Shown one piece after another: positions 1-13,000 of a DNA stretch of 64,000 bases. The first letter of the stretch is position 1, and each line of letters starts with the position of its first letter. Position numbers and translations under genes: made by a program. The stretch lies in assembly GCA_037447605.1 (NCBI GenBank), contig CM074811.1, forward strand, positions 1,178,001 through 1,242,000, given 5' to 3'. The notes under the pieces were generated by a model. It was given only the letters and a program-made list of their open reading frames with translations, was not told the origin of the DNA and made no database searches. This stretch comes from Zygnema circumcarinatum SAG 698-1b (lineage: Eukaryota > Plantae > Zygnematophyceae).

Positions 1-1441
1 CGTCGGACGGCATGAGCTGGCAGAATTGTCTGCAGAGGGGCAAGATGGGCTTCCGCAGGGTTGGCGGCTCTTGCATGGGAGGAGGTGTGGGAGGGAAGTG
101 CGAGGGCCGCTCTAAGGGGTGGGAGGAAGAAAGAGAGGAGTCGCTAGCAATGATTCGACATTCGAAGTAATTTTTTAGAAGTGATCCATAGCACTGCGTT
201 GAGAATTTGCATAGATATCGATAACTGGGTGAGAGAATAGAGAGCGGTGGTAGTAGATTCAGAAAAGGGAGAAAAGAAAGGGGAGATATGAGAGATAAGA
301 TAAAGAGTCTGAACTCGTATGGATGAATTCAAACTGTACAGATTGCAGTACGTTTTGGTAGGGTTTGAAAGACGCAACTCCTTGTTGGGTCGGTACGATA
401 GGTTGGAAGTCAAGTGGCTAGGCTGTACATAAGACCTTGCCGAACTGGGATATTGCCACTGACCGTTTGAACCTGAGTGAGGCCTTCCAATGAGGCCATC
501 GTCTCGTCGCCACTTTCTGTTGCTTGCGACTGATTTGATGTACATACAAGCCTGTTGCATAGGAAGGTTAAATGCAACGGATTTTTGAACTTTGTCATGG
601 TGACTTTGAAGTTTGAATTACAAGAAAGAGAAATCGATTCCCGTGCGTGGACGTAAGTTTGTGTTTCTAATTCTACAAAAGAAGCTAATTCTACAATAGC
701 TATGGTGAGGATACATGGTCCGTGGCATGTGGGCCAATCGCTGGAAACTGCAAGCTTTCTAAAACGTGATATCAGTCCAGTTAAACGGAGCCGGAAACAA
801 AGCATCCTGTGGCAGTGATGCAAAATCATTGGCTTTTTCCCTTCAAAAGGATTGAACCAAACCTTCATGCAAATGGAACTGATACCTTCACCATTACACA
901 CACATACCGTTATGTGAACGAGATCGTCCATAGCATTGTACACATTTCTTATCATAGAGGCATAACCTACCGCTTGCACAAACGAATAATCCTGAAGCAA
1001 CCCACATACGTCAACCTATTAGCATGCTGCATGCGGAATTATGCTTCCATGAGGTAAGCACGCATCCCCATAGAGCCTCCGCGAGGGTCATCCGCGCCAT
1101 GGCAGCGCCGAGGGAGCCGCAGGAGACCGGTACTCTACCACAGTACCGTACGGTAACCCAACGTTCAAATTTCAGAAACTTAAAAAGGCCAAATCAAAAT
1201 TCTGAACTCAGTCCTCGGACATATGGGGTACCAAAAAGTGAGAAAAAACGTGTCTCGTTGTCCTGCTAAAGAAAGTCCCTCATTGGCCTAGCGGCGTTGT
1301 CGCAGGCGTCGCCAGCCAATGTCCGCGCTCCGTGTCGTCGCACGGCGTCGCATGGCGTCGCCCTGCGACCCTCCTTCTCGCCTCGCTGCAGCTTAGGGCG
1401 GGACGCGGTCGCTCGCAAGTGGCGGCCGCTCTCATCAATAG

Positions 1442-2373
1442 GGGTAGTGATATTTCCACCCCTTTTTTGGATCCAAACACCCTTTCCCGGCCGGGCAGAT
1501 TTCAAAAGGGATTAAAAATGCTTTTTTCACACCTTTTTGGAATCGATACCCACCTTCTTCCGTCGGCTGATTTTATTTTTGCTAACCAAGGAAAATGATA
1601 CCCCGTCACCGCATTTTGAATACTGTATCCCGCCTACCTGAATTTTTTTTTTGAGGGAAAGAAATATCTGCCTGCCCGAATCCGCTCGGAGCGGAAGATC
1701 CGTCCGCCACGAGATCGTTCGCGGGTGTCCGTCTTTCACACGTGTGTGTCAATCGCAGCTGTCGATTCCCTCGCAGATCGCACCACTGCAGATCACCGTT
1801 CGATCTGCAGCCGGCCTTGATCTCAGCGAATGGAAAGCGCCCACGAGTCCCGTCAAAGCCGGATCGCACTTGCGAGTGCGCGCGTACCTCGGCCCGAGAT
1901 CTTGTTCTATTGTCAGCTCCCAGCCAATCAACATTTGCCACGTGTTAAATTTTTGACGTGGAAAATTTTGATTGGTCCAAACTCTTTATGTACAAAATTT
2001 TTGGTACGACCGTACGATATTTGTACGGACAAATTTTTGAGACGACTTTGGCAAGATACGTGGGCCCGTGCCATTCGCTGTGACCGAGCCCGGCTGCAGA
2101 TGAAATAGTGATCTGCCTCGTTGCGATCTGCGAGGGAATCGACGGCTGCGATTGACCGCACGCGTGAAAAAAAATTCAGGTAGGCGGGATATTCAAATGG
2201 AGTGAAGGGTTATAATTTTCCTTGTTTCGCAAAAATACAATCTGCCGATGGAGGGTGGGTATCGATTCCAAAAAGGTGTGAAAAAAGCATTTTCCGTTTT
2301 TAATCCTTTTTGAAATCTGCCCGGCCGGGAAGGGGTGTTTGGATCCAAAAAAGGGGTGGAAATATCACTACCC
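1442..2373. mobile_element. Long-TIR fold-back non-autonomous DNA transposon (element A; Merlin- or MULE-like)
   Basis: Termini GGGTAGTGATATTTCCACCCCTTTTTTGGATCCAAACACC and the reverse complement at 2335-2373. Imperfect arms continue to about 1815 and from about 2090; the right arm lacks about 85 bp. Flanked by direct repeat CATCAATAG (1433-1441, 2374-2382), or 7 bp if the termini are read as GGGG/CCCC. No transposase ORF. Confidence 0.9.
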
Positions 2374-2380
2374 CATCAAT

Positions 2381-3153
2381 AGGGCTTGTTTGTCGGACTT
2401 CACAAATAGTTACGGAAAGTTTGCGATCAGTATTGCGAAAAACAAAAGTTACTGATGTCTGATAGTGATTGCTTTGCCGAACCTGAACCGAACCTGTGGC
2501 AAGTCAACCGTGTGAAAAGTGCAAGTCCACTTTACGGACTGCACGCTCCCAAAAGTACGGACCGTACATGTCGTCCGTACGAATTTGTCCGCAGCCAAAA
2601 CAGGGCCAAAGGTCCTGTGCGGACGAAACGGGCGTCATCGTGACGTCATGGGGTCCTGCGGCCCCCCCTTCCTGCCCGCCTCCTCCCGTCCCCTCTGCCC
2701 GTGGGAGAGGGAGAGGGAGAGGGAGAGGGAGAGGGAGAGGGAGAGGGCTTTAGGTTTGCAATTCAAACCTTTAGCGTATAACAGGTTTCTAGGAAGGGTC
2801 TCCATTGTTATTTGTACAATCGACAAACAACCCAATGGCTTCCAGCCACGTCTTCACTTTTGCTCTGTTTTGCCAACGTGGCCACTTGTAATTGGTGCAT
2901 GTTGCAACCAAAGTAAAACCGGCCCATGCATGAACGGCGGGCGGCCCCAAGTTTTTGTCGCGGCGGGCGGGCCATGACGTAATGTGACGTGCCGTTGGGT
3001 CGTTTTTTGGAGGTCGTAGGGGAGGACGCGGTCACATCGCGTCACGATCACGGTTAGCTTCGGGAGCTCATTTTCTTACGGACGTGGGACTTGGAAAAGT
3101 TGCGGAAAGCTCATTATCAGTATTACGGACGTCTTTTAAGTCTGACAAGCCCT
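2381..3153. mobile_element. Short-TIR non-autonomous element B
   Basis: Left end AGGGCTTGT(TTGT)CGGACTT, right end AAGTCTGACAAGCCCT. Flanked by AAT (2378-2380) and AATGG (3154-3158). The TIR core GTCAGACYT is shared with the elements at 33232 and 40044. Contains a (GGGAGA)n tract at about 2702-2747. Confidence 0.75.
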
Positions 3154-3577
3154 AATGGCCAGCGCAGCACCCGGACCGGGGGGCCGGGCGGGGGGGTCTG
3201 GATAAAGTCAAGGTGTCATCGATAAAGTTAAGGGAAGTAGGGAAGTAGGGAAGTGAGGGAGGGAGAGGGGGACTAGAGGGGGAGGAGGGGAGGAAGAGAG
3301 TAGGAGTAGAAATGAGAGTGGGAGGAGGGGAGGAAGAGAGGTTTTGCTGGTGCGCAAGTGCTATGGTGGGCGCATCAATAGGGGTAGAGAGGGGTTTCAG
3401 GAGGTTGTGAAACCTGCAGGAGCTGGGGGGAGGGGCTGCCAGCTGGAGTAGAAATGGGAGGGGGAGGAGGGATTGGAGGGCTTGCTGCTGCGCAAGTTCT
3501 ATGATTACCCCGTCAATAGGAGTTGAGGGGCTCAGGAAGTTGACTTCTGCAGTGGCAGAGTCTGAGCATTGACGGCA

Positions 3578-6500
3578 ATGGCGGAGAGCAGTGTTGTGCT
3601 CGAAGAGGAGATAGATGAGAATTATGAACCTACTCAAGAAGGTAATTGTGTTGAAAATGCCAGTGTGGGCACAATGAATGGGATGGAAGGACTCCAACAG
3701 CCCGTTTTTCTTTTATTTAAAAAAAAAAATGTCCTTTAGTTGTATTACCTTTGAACGGTAACCAGTCATCATGTGATTTAGTGGATAGATGGGTGAAGAC
3801 TGTCGGCAGACGCCATTTTACTAAAACAATCACCTGTGCTTGTTTTGAGAAGAGGCTATTGGTGCAGAGAACTTCTGTGTCATATCCATGCCGATTCTTG
3901 ATGCTGCTGTCTTTGAGGTCATGATTCAAGCACTCAAATGTGGGCGCTTATGTCACGTATAGATTTGGACCGACAGTTTTTTAATGGAGATTTTATAACT
4001 TTTGGACTCGTTTGAAAGAGGCAAAGCTTTTCAAAGTAGTAAAGGTCATCTATGCTATGGTATTGATACTAAAGAAATCTTCAATCTCCACCCTGTGCGA
4101 GGGATACACGAGGTAAGGCACCTGTGCCTTTTTTACCTGTCCTTATAGACGTCAAGGTGCAGCAGCCTCACGATTTCATATGCGAGCTGAGCCACTTGTG
4201 CATCACATGTGCTCAGATATCCTCGAGTATGCTCAATGGCTTGGAATGGAATTGCCCGAAGAAAACGAGCTACTATGGATCGCCAGGGAGGGCTTGAAAG
4301 CGCCATTGCCAGACCGTTGGAAGCCATGGTACAGACCTTCAGCCTGCCAACTTATTGTTGAGCTTGTTACTGATGCCGGTGACACCTGCCTTATTAATCT
4401 CAACTTTAAGGATGGCATCTGGATGTTTAGAGGTCCCTTTTAGGCACCGGAGAACTCGATGGTTCTAAGGTGCAAAAGCCTTATGAAAAAAAGTTTAACC
4501 CCTGTAGGTAGTGCAACACAAATTATGGGCTACACCGTAGAGAGTTTAAGACTTTAATAGGAACCCAAGGTATCTTAGCCTCTTTTGGTCGTGCGGCCTA
4601 CCTGGGGCGGCAGTCGTACGCAGGATGATGAAATTTATTACTTCAACTTCTCCACCGGGGAAAGTGTGTGGGACCATCCCTGCGATGAACATTACAGGTG
4701 TGTTAAGAATCACGTGGCTCACTTCGCATACCTCTGTGGACCTCTCTCCAGTTTTGCCAAATATGCATGGCCGTTGAAAAATGAAAGGGGAACACCAAGA
4801 AGTACTCTAGTCTCTCGCAATATCCCTACGGTAACGCATAGGAAATGTGTTGATAGATTGTTCTACCCGCGAACCCTGTATCCCCCGGGGACGGCTGGGA
4901 AACAGAAATCTGTACAAGGACGAGAAGGCGAAGTTGCATGCGAAAAGACAGTTTCTCCTGCACGAGCAGCAGCCCCCCCCCCCGCAGCAGCAGTCTGGCG
5001 AGCCTCGGTCAGGACTGCTTCGCCAAGCCTCCCTGCCTCCACAGCCGGGCCAACAGCAGAAGCCATTGCAAAGGATGGGTTCTCTGCAGGCAATCCACAC
5101 TATCCAGCAACGGAGCTTAGGTGATGAGGTAAGCATATTTGGACTTCAGTCAAACCTCTAAACAAGATGTTGAAGAAGTTCAGCTGGACACCTTTGTATT
5201 CCTGAGCATTCGCGGTCTTCATGGAATTCTGAAACACGCTCGCACCGCATGATACATGCGGTTCGTATCTCATATAAGATGGACTCAAATCGGCAACGTA
5301 ATCTCCTTAATTCCAGGATTATTTTTCCCCTCCAAATCAGTCCAACCGTCTTAGTTTCAACATAAGCAGCTATGCCCCTTCTCGATCAAGTTTCTATCAC
5401 AAAATTTGCACGATATTTATGAGCGCATGGTTAATTATCCTATCAACGGGCAATGAGTGTGAAGTTTGGCACTGAAAATATTTGCAGTTTATTCTACATA
5501 CCCAAATGAAAAGATTACGATTCCAACTACTTCAGATTAGTATTCTTAGAATGGAAAAGTCTACTTTTGCCTCTCCAAACCTACACTTCTCTTGAATATG
5601 TTCTCTTCATGTCGTACTTGTTGCCAAAAGGATGAAAGTGCTTATTGTGCAGGAGAAGCGGCGTAAGGCAAGTGTAGAGAGGGGTTCACCTTCCTCCCAG
5701 CCAATTTCAAGCCAAGGCAGACCTGTGGATGGCTCGGGGTCTAATCCAGGCTCACCTATGCACGAAGCTTCAGGAAAGAATAGAGGTGCACAAGTCAACC
5801 CCCCCTTCAATCATCATCTTTACCCTTACCTGCCGCTGCCTGTTTGGAGTCGCAACCTCCATTTGAGACCGCTACTTTCCTTTGGCCTTGTTTGTATCAT
5901 CCTATCTTCTTCAACGGGGCAATTTTGTAGTATCCTTCTCCCACTGCCTCTGCTCTTTAAGTGCAATCCAATACTGACTCCTGCAAATATTTTCTTTTTT
6001 TTTTTGGATTTCCAGCCTCTTCGGGAAGACTCAGCCGGTCCTCCAGCCGCGGAACTCAGAACTCAGGCAGTGAAACAGAGGCTCCCCAAAGAGTCTCGAA
6101 TAAGGGAGGCACCGCTCGTAGACATTCAATCGGAGTGGAAATGGAGGTGCTAAAGGAGGAGCAGTCCGGTCCGTCAACTAATCTCAGATCAGGGATTTTG
6201 AAAAAGCAGACAGGGCAGAACCCCCAGCAAAGCAATAGTCGCAATTTTGGAACTTGGTCTCCGGAAGTGTCGGGTGGGTCCGTTCGCCGAGTGGCTGCGA
6301 CATTAGCACGGGGAGGCTCGGGAGATTTGACCGTAGCAACTCGCCATCTTGGTGAGTTTTTTCCACTCTAAATTCCTACGAGGGATTAGGGTTGTATGAT
6401 GCCGATGGATGTCTGGCCATGTTCGATGTGTATGGCCTGAGTTGGAAGTTCCGAACGCGATTTGTTACTGCGTGAAGGCAAGGGAAATGCGGACTCATTG

Positions 6501-6986
6501 CCTATGATACTTTTGGGCAAGTGTATATCACTTCTATCTCGAGGTTTCTTAACATACCGCAACACGTGCATGTTTACTCTCGCATTGCACTGTCAAGTAT
6601 GTGTTACGTTTCTCTGGGGCATGAGCCATCCTCTGCTCTTGATTACATCAGTTTAAGTCTAACCTGTACAATTCGTTAGCCAAAAGGTGCATATCTCTCC
6701 ACAGGTGGGAAGGCATAGCTTTATTCCCATTGTACTATTCATTTTAAGGATTCGTTGTCGACATAATATTGGAAAGGGAAGTACTAGAATTGTCGAACTC
6801 CTCATCGTTACTTCGCTCCTATTAACATTGTCGTGGGACTTGTGGGCAATGCTTCTTCTTCTTCGTCTTCTCCTTCTCCTTCTTCTTCTTCTTCTTTTTC
6901 TTCTTCTTCTCCTTTTTCTTCTTCTTCGTCGTCTTCTTCTACTTCTTCCTCTTCTTCTTCTTCTTCTTTTTCTTCTTCTTCGTCTA

Positions 6987-7017
<31 letters not shown>

Positions 7018-10000
7018 TTCTTCTTTTTCTTCTTCTTCGTCTACTTCTTCTTCTTCTTCTTCCTCTTCGTCGTCTTCTTCTTCTTCTTCTTCTTCTCCTT
7101 CTTCTTCTTCGTCTTCGTCTTCTTCTTCTTCTCCTTCTTCTTCTCCTTCTTCTTCTAGAACCAGAAGAATGGACTGACTCGGAGACGGATGATGGAGGTC
7201 ATCAAAAGCCCCAGTATCCAGCGTCTCCTCATGCTCGCGTTCAGGCCATGGCTTATGGCGACGGAGGGAGGGAGAGGCTGAAGCTCGTCACAAACTCGCT
7301 CCGAAGATCAGAAAGCGGAAATCCTCTAGGCTCTGTTTTGGTTGCTCCATCACGCTATGGTATGTATTCTCATATCGCCACTACTTTCCCCGCCCCCATT
7401 CTGTTTCGGGATCAAACAAGAAATGTGTGGACTGAGGTAAGGTCTAGACATACCTTCATGAATTGCATGGTTTTTGCAAAGCAAGCTGATTTTATTGTTT
7501 CAGTTGAAGCAACTCCAGTTCGTTAATGGATAAATGGAGCTTGCTTGGCAAGAAGGGTTGTGGGATTGTCTTCATGCATCCTCCTTTTGTCCCTGTTCCT
7601 TGCTCCATATTGAGAGCAGCCAAAATCAGCGATAAAGAGCGGGATCTTGCCATTCGACAGCAGCAGCAACGTAGTCAGCTGTCACCATCAAAGAGCGTTG
7701 GAGCTTTGAAGGTGAGGAGTCATAAGGTGTAAAATGATCAAAGTGGTTGCCAAAAAGTCATAAGTTATACGCTCTCAAGATGGTTGCAACAACCTTTTCA
7801 TTCGTGTATGCGTTAGTGTTTGTGGGTGCTTAAGGGCCAATTTGGATAGCTGTGGAAAGTGCGAGCAATATCATTTAACATGCTTTGGTCAGCTATGGCT
7901 GGCCATACAGGAGTCAGGGACGAAGATGTTTGAAGATTTATGCAACTGGTGAACTGAATAACTCCAAGCCTTATTGCCAGGTTTCGGATCGAAAGCAGCG
8001 GCAGGAAGAAGTTGAGGAGCGGCGACGGCAGGAGGAGCAGCACAGGCGAGAGAGAGAGAGAGAGAGAGAGGGAGTGGCGCGAGACAATGAAGGAGAGGTT
8101 GTAGCAGAGGATTTCCGCAGGCAGCAGACAATAGACAGGCAGAGAGGGGAGCATGAAGACTGGGACGTACAGGTGCAGGTATGCTGCAAAATTCTATACT
8201 TAATGTGTACTTAGGAAGATTTTCCATGCACTGCCTGAGAGCTGCTGTGTGACTATCAGCCGCCCGAAATTTCGAATGATTACCGCATTGCATTTCATTC
8301 CACCGTATGTAAAGTGTGTCGCAAAGTGACTTTTTCATATAGGAGATTGCCAACGGCATTTCGAAAGAACTGACTTGGATTTCCTTAGCTACCAATGAAT
8401 CATGACCATTTTTTTTTTTTTTTTTACTATCTAAAGACTTCTGGACGAGTTTGGTAAAATGAATTTTGTCGCTAGACTGTGTGAGCAGACCGAGTTTGAC
8501 CAGGGCAACTTCTGACACAGAGGAATCAATGCAGCATTTGCTCTGCTTGTCTTTTTGTAGTCCGCACCATGTTTTGAACAAAGCAAACTGCAGGGCATAT
8601 GATAACACTTTAGACACCGAGAGCGGTTAAATTCCCACAATTACAAGGCATGCTAGTAATGCATTTAGCAAGGTATAACCACGATCTAGTCATCCTACCA
8701 ACAATTGGCTAAGACCATTTGACAAAACTAGTCAAGTGGTGTATGAACCCCTTGTAATCGTCATCTTGTGAGCCCTTGTTAGCCCATTCTGCCATCAAAA
8801 CATTCCTTCAATATTGCCAAAAGGGATTGGGTGTTTATATAGGGAGGCCAAGAGAGGGATTCAGCTGGTCGGGATGATCGAAGAAAGAGTATGGAGAGTT
8901 CAACAATGTGGAAAGCTCAAAGGCAAAACGAGCACGAGATGGCCCTAACGAGACTGGACGAGGGAGTGGTCGCTGATATGGAGGTGAGGCAAAAGGAGGG
9001 TTTCTCCTCTTATAGCAGGAGGGTTAGCTGCATGCAGCAGTACATTATGAGGCAAAGAGAGGCTGAAATGAGTGGGAGGGGGGAGAGAAAGCCTCATCAG
9101 CTTCGATGCTCAACTCTGTAACTACTCTATTAGGGACTTAAATTAGGTGTAGAAGGACTGATATAGCTGATGCAAATAGCAGCGTGAGATGCTATGGTTT
9201 GGGCTTAAGCTGGGGTTTACGGTGAGTTTATCAACATGATTGTGTATACAGCATTGACATGAAAGTGTTTCGTCTCCGTTCGCGATTGATTGCTTACCAC
9301 AAATCCACTTCTTAAAAGGTAATGTGGGAAAAAACATGCTATTTGAACATAGGCGATAGTATGAATCCAGAAGAAAACTTGGAAAGTTGGAGATTTTTCG
9401 AGTCATGAAACGGGAGCAGCTAACTCACTCACGGATTTTCTGTTACAAGCTTTGACACGCGTAGTTTTAGGCCCTCCCGTTCAGCCAACGATACTGATCC
9501 CCCATTTTTTCCCTCTCCTTCCCCGGAGCAGGAGGGTGCTCGCCTGCAAGAGATCGCCAATGCCTCCCGCAGACGTCTCGCCAAGTTTGAGGCAGAATGC
9601 GATGTACGGCTCGCAAAACTGCAGGCAGATAGAGAGATTCTTGTCCGGAAGAGGGAGAAGGAGATCACAAAGTTGGCGGAGAGGTTGGGGCAGGTGAGTT
9701 TTCCACTTCGCATGCTGATGCAGGCAGAGGATAGTCGTCTGTTGTTTGTGGAGCACATTTATGTCTTGCAATTGGGAGGTAGGAAAGGGAAATTGCCATG
9801 CATTTGTCTGTTTCTAGGACTTTGTTCTGTTGTGGGTTCTATTTGTCAAGTATTTGACAAGGTTTGGGCTGCATGCTAGTGAAGTTGGTCTACCAAAAAT
9901 GAAAGCTATTCCTGTAGTGGGATGTCGGATTGACAAGAGACAATGCATTTGCCTCATCCATCATTACATTATGCTTGCCAACTTGGACGGAGCTGTTCAA

Positions 10001-13000
10001 GTCCTGCAGGGGCCTGCCCCCTAGATTTTCTGGTAAACCCACTTTTGGTTTCTCTACACAATTCGCCGATCAGCAAACTGAAAGCAATGCTGTGTGGATT
10101 GTGGGCAGCCTTTAGATGAGGGAGCATTAGTGAATGCACGAAGCGTTGTCGTGGAGGAGGGCCGTGCCCTGATCGCGCAGGAGAGGGAGATTGCGGTGGC
10201 AACTGCACGGGAGGAGGGAGAGAGAGAGAAGCAGCGGATATTGGCTCGCATTCATGAAGAACTCGGCATGCAGTTGGCATTGGAGAGGCAACGGATGGCA
10301 ATCGATCCTGGAAAGACCGCTATGGTGAGTGGTTGCAGCACTCTCAACACTAAAAGCACATACTTAGGCATTGGTCATTTCAGTTTTGAAATGTGAAAGT
10401 GGATATTTCCTTGTAATGAGTGGAGGGGAATGGTCTGTTTTTGCCTCAACATCTCTATCCTGGGCTTTCAGTTGATCGCTGACTTGCAGCAGGTAGGGTG
10501 AGTTTATGTTGAAATGATCTCCTTCAGATGCATCGAATTGCTCATAAGCCCCTTTAAGTTCTCATGATGTTCCAGCCACGTATATCCTGCACTCCCTGAA
10601 TTTGCTTTGCTTTGGGAAATGTGTTAAGGACGGACATCGTTTGTGCGTGAGACTTCACTCCCCTTTTCCTGAAACAATCTCATGATATGTCCTGATAGTC
10701 TGATATGTCTTGACTGGAATCCGTTGCTCTTCTAAGCCCCCTTGTTAACTAAGAAACCCAAACGACGATTTTGCTTTGCTCATCGATTGTCGATTTGCAC
10801 TTCTTCCCATGTTCTGCAAGTATTGAAGCATTATTAGTATTGGAGTCGGAGTGATGTGCAGGAGCCTGCAACCTCCGGCGAACGGAGCAATCCGGAAGCA
10901 TTGGTCCGCCAATGGAAGGCCAAAATGGAGCAGGAACAGGCCGCTGCAAGTCAGGGGCAGGGCGAGCAGGTGATGCAATAAACTCTTCTGAATATGCTTC
11001 TTTGGTTGCTGCATGGGAGGAGGAGAGAGGAGAGAGGAGAGGGCGAAATGTGTGGGCTGTTGGTCCAATTCATTGTGCTTGTGCTGTGGTTTGACAATCA
11101 TAAGTACAATTCCATAGTCTCCTGTTTCTCGTCTGAAGTTGTTTGCCGTAGAACTTATATGCAGGTAGTGGGTCTGAGTGAGAGGTGCCATTTTGAGGTC
11201 ATGTTAAGGATGTATTGCAAGTGGGGTTCTGACCCGGGTGAAATAGGGTTTGGTTTTGTTTGCAGGCGGGACGGATTAAGGTGCTGGTGGCGGAAGATGA
11301 GATGCGTATGCTAGAAAGTGCACGGAGAGAAGCAGCGGTGCGGGTGGAGAAGGCAGTGGAGCAGGAGGAGAGGAGAGAGTGGGACGGTCTGATGAAGCAG
11401 ATGCGAGATAGAATCCGAGTTCGAATAGTGGAAGAGGAGAGAAAGGCCCTTCAGCAAGAGAGACTGGAAATGCTGGATAGGGTGGGAGAGGTGGTAGCCG
11501 AACAAGAGGCGCAGGAGTTGGAGAAGAAGAGAAAGGAAGTTATGGAGAGAGTGGAGAACGAAGTGGAAGCTGAAGCAGTAACACTGAAGCAGGTCAAGTT
11601 GGAGGAGGCTCGAAAGAGAGTGGATGGAGTGGTTGCTAGTTGGGAAGAGGAGGAGAAGAAAGCTTTGGCTGAGAGAGTGAAGCAGCGAGTGCGGGAACTG
11701 GAGAAGGGCACTTTGGAGAATGAGCGAGCAAAGGTAATGGAGTGGGTACGAAAGCGAGTGGAAAATGAGGGTAGGGACTATGCAGAGCAGCACCGAGCGA
11801 AAGTGAGGATGAGGGTAGAGGAAGAGGAGGCCCGCCTTACCGACATTCTGATTGCAGAAATGGAGGAGAGGGTGAAGGAGAGGATAGAGGATGCAGAGGA
11901 GCAGCTGCTTGAAAGTGTGCTGGCGATAAGGAGGGATGGATTAAACGGAGAGAGGCGACTTTTTGTGACCGAAGACACATTGGATGAATTGGAGAAGGAG
12001 AAGTGGGTGAGGTTGGATGAGCTCCGAAAACAGATGGAGATGCGCGTTGCAGATCAGATCGCTAGTGAAGAGGCAGAACTTGTGGTTCAAAAGAGGAAGG
12101 AGATGCAGGCGAGAGCAGAATTGCTTCTTCAGGAAGAGGAAAGGAGGGCTGCTAACCTGCAAAAGAAGGCAAGTAGTGCTCGGTGGAGTTCAGAAGGGGG
12201 TGGGGGAACGGGAAAGCTGGATGGAGTGGTAAGGAGCATGGAAATGACACAAGCAGATGTGTTCCGAGAAATGCAAGCGAAAGTGGTAGGGGAGAAGCAG
12301 AGTTTGGAGATAGCAGTGAAGGAGCATCTAGCCTTAGTGAGGAAGGATATGCTGGAGAAGGAAAAGAAAGAAATTGAAGTGATTCGAGCGGAGATGCATG
12401 CACGGGTTCAGAAGACAATTTCTGAGGAAGAGAAGCTGGAAATGGAAAGGTTGAGGCTGGGGATTAAGGAGAAGATTGTTGAGACTCTGGAAATTCAAGA
12501 GCAGACAGTTGCGGAAGCAGTGAGGGCAGAACTAAGGTTGAAACTGGAAGAGAGGTTGAAGGTTGAGGCAGAAGAATTGACAGAGCGTTTGAGGGCGGAA
12601 ATGATGGAAAGAGTGAGAGCCGAGGTGGAGGCAGAAGCAAAGGAAGCGATGAAGAGAGAAAAGAGAAAAGGGTCTCTGAAGGGATCGTTGCAGGGTGGGA
12701 GTGAAGAAAGTTTAGTGCAAAGTGCTGAAGCGAATGAGGAGGAATCCGAATGGGTGACTGCAAAAGAGACGATGCTGAAAGCCCTTGAAGCAGAGATGGA
12801 GGAAGTGAAAGCAAGCAGGCTGGTTAAGATGGATGAGAACTTGGCACTTGAAGTAGCGAACATGCGGGAGGAGAAGATGATGATAATGACACGAGAGGTA
12901 CAGGAAGGGGCAGAGAAGGAGGAGGAGGGTCTGGAAGGAAGGCTGAGGGAGGAAGAGGCGAAGTTATGGGAAGCGAAGCTGACAGAACTTGAGGTTGCTA

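Noticed and set aside
144-1057. ORFs of 138-196 aa at the window start
   Set aside because: No recognisable domain, overlapping on both strands, and no convincing splice chain.
6687-7526. Poly-Leu (279 aa) and poly-Ser (114 aa) ORFs
   Set aside because: Artefacts of the stop-free (TCT)n tract. The flanking CEP164-like exons splice in phase across it.
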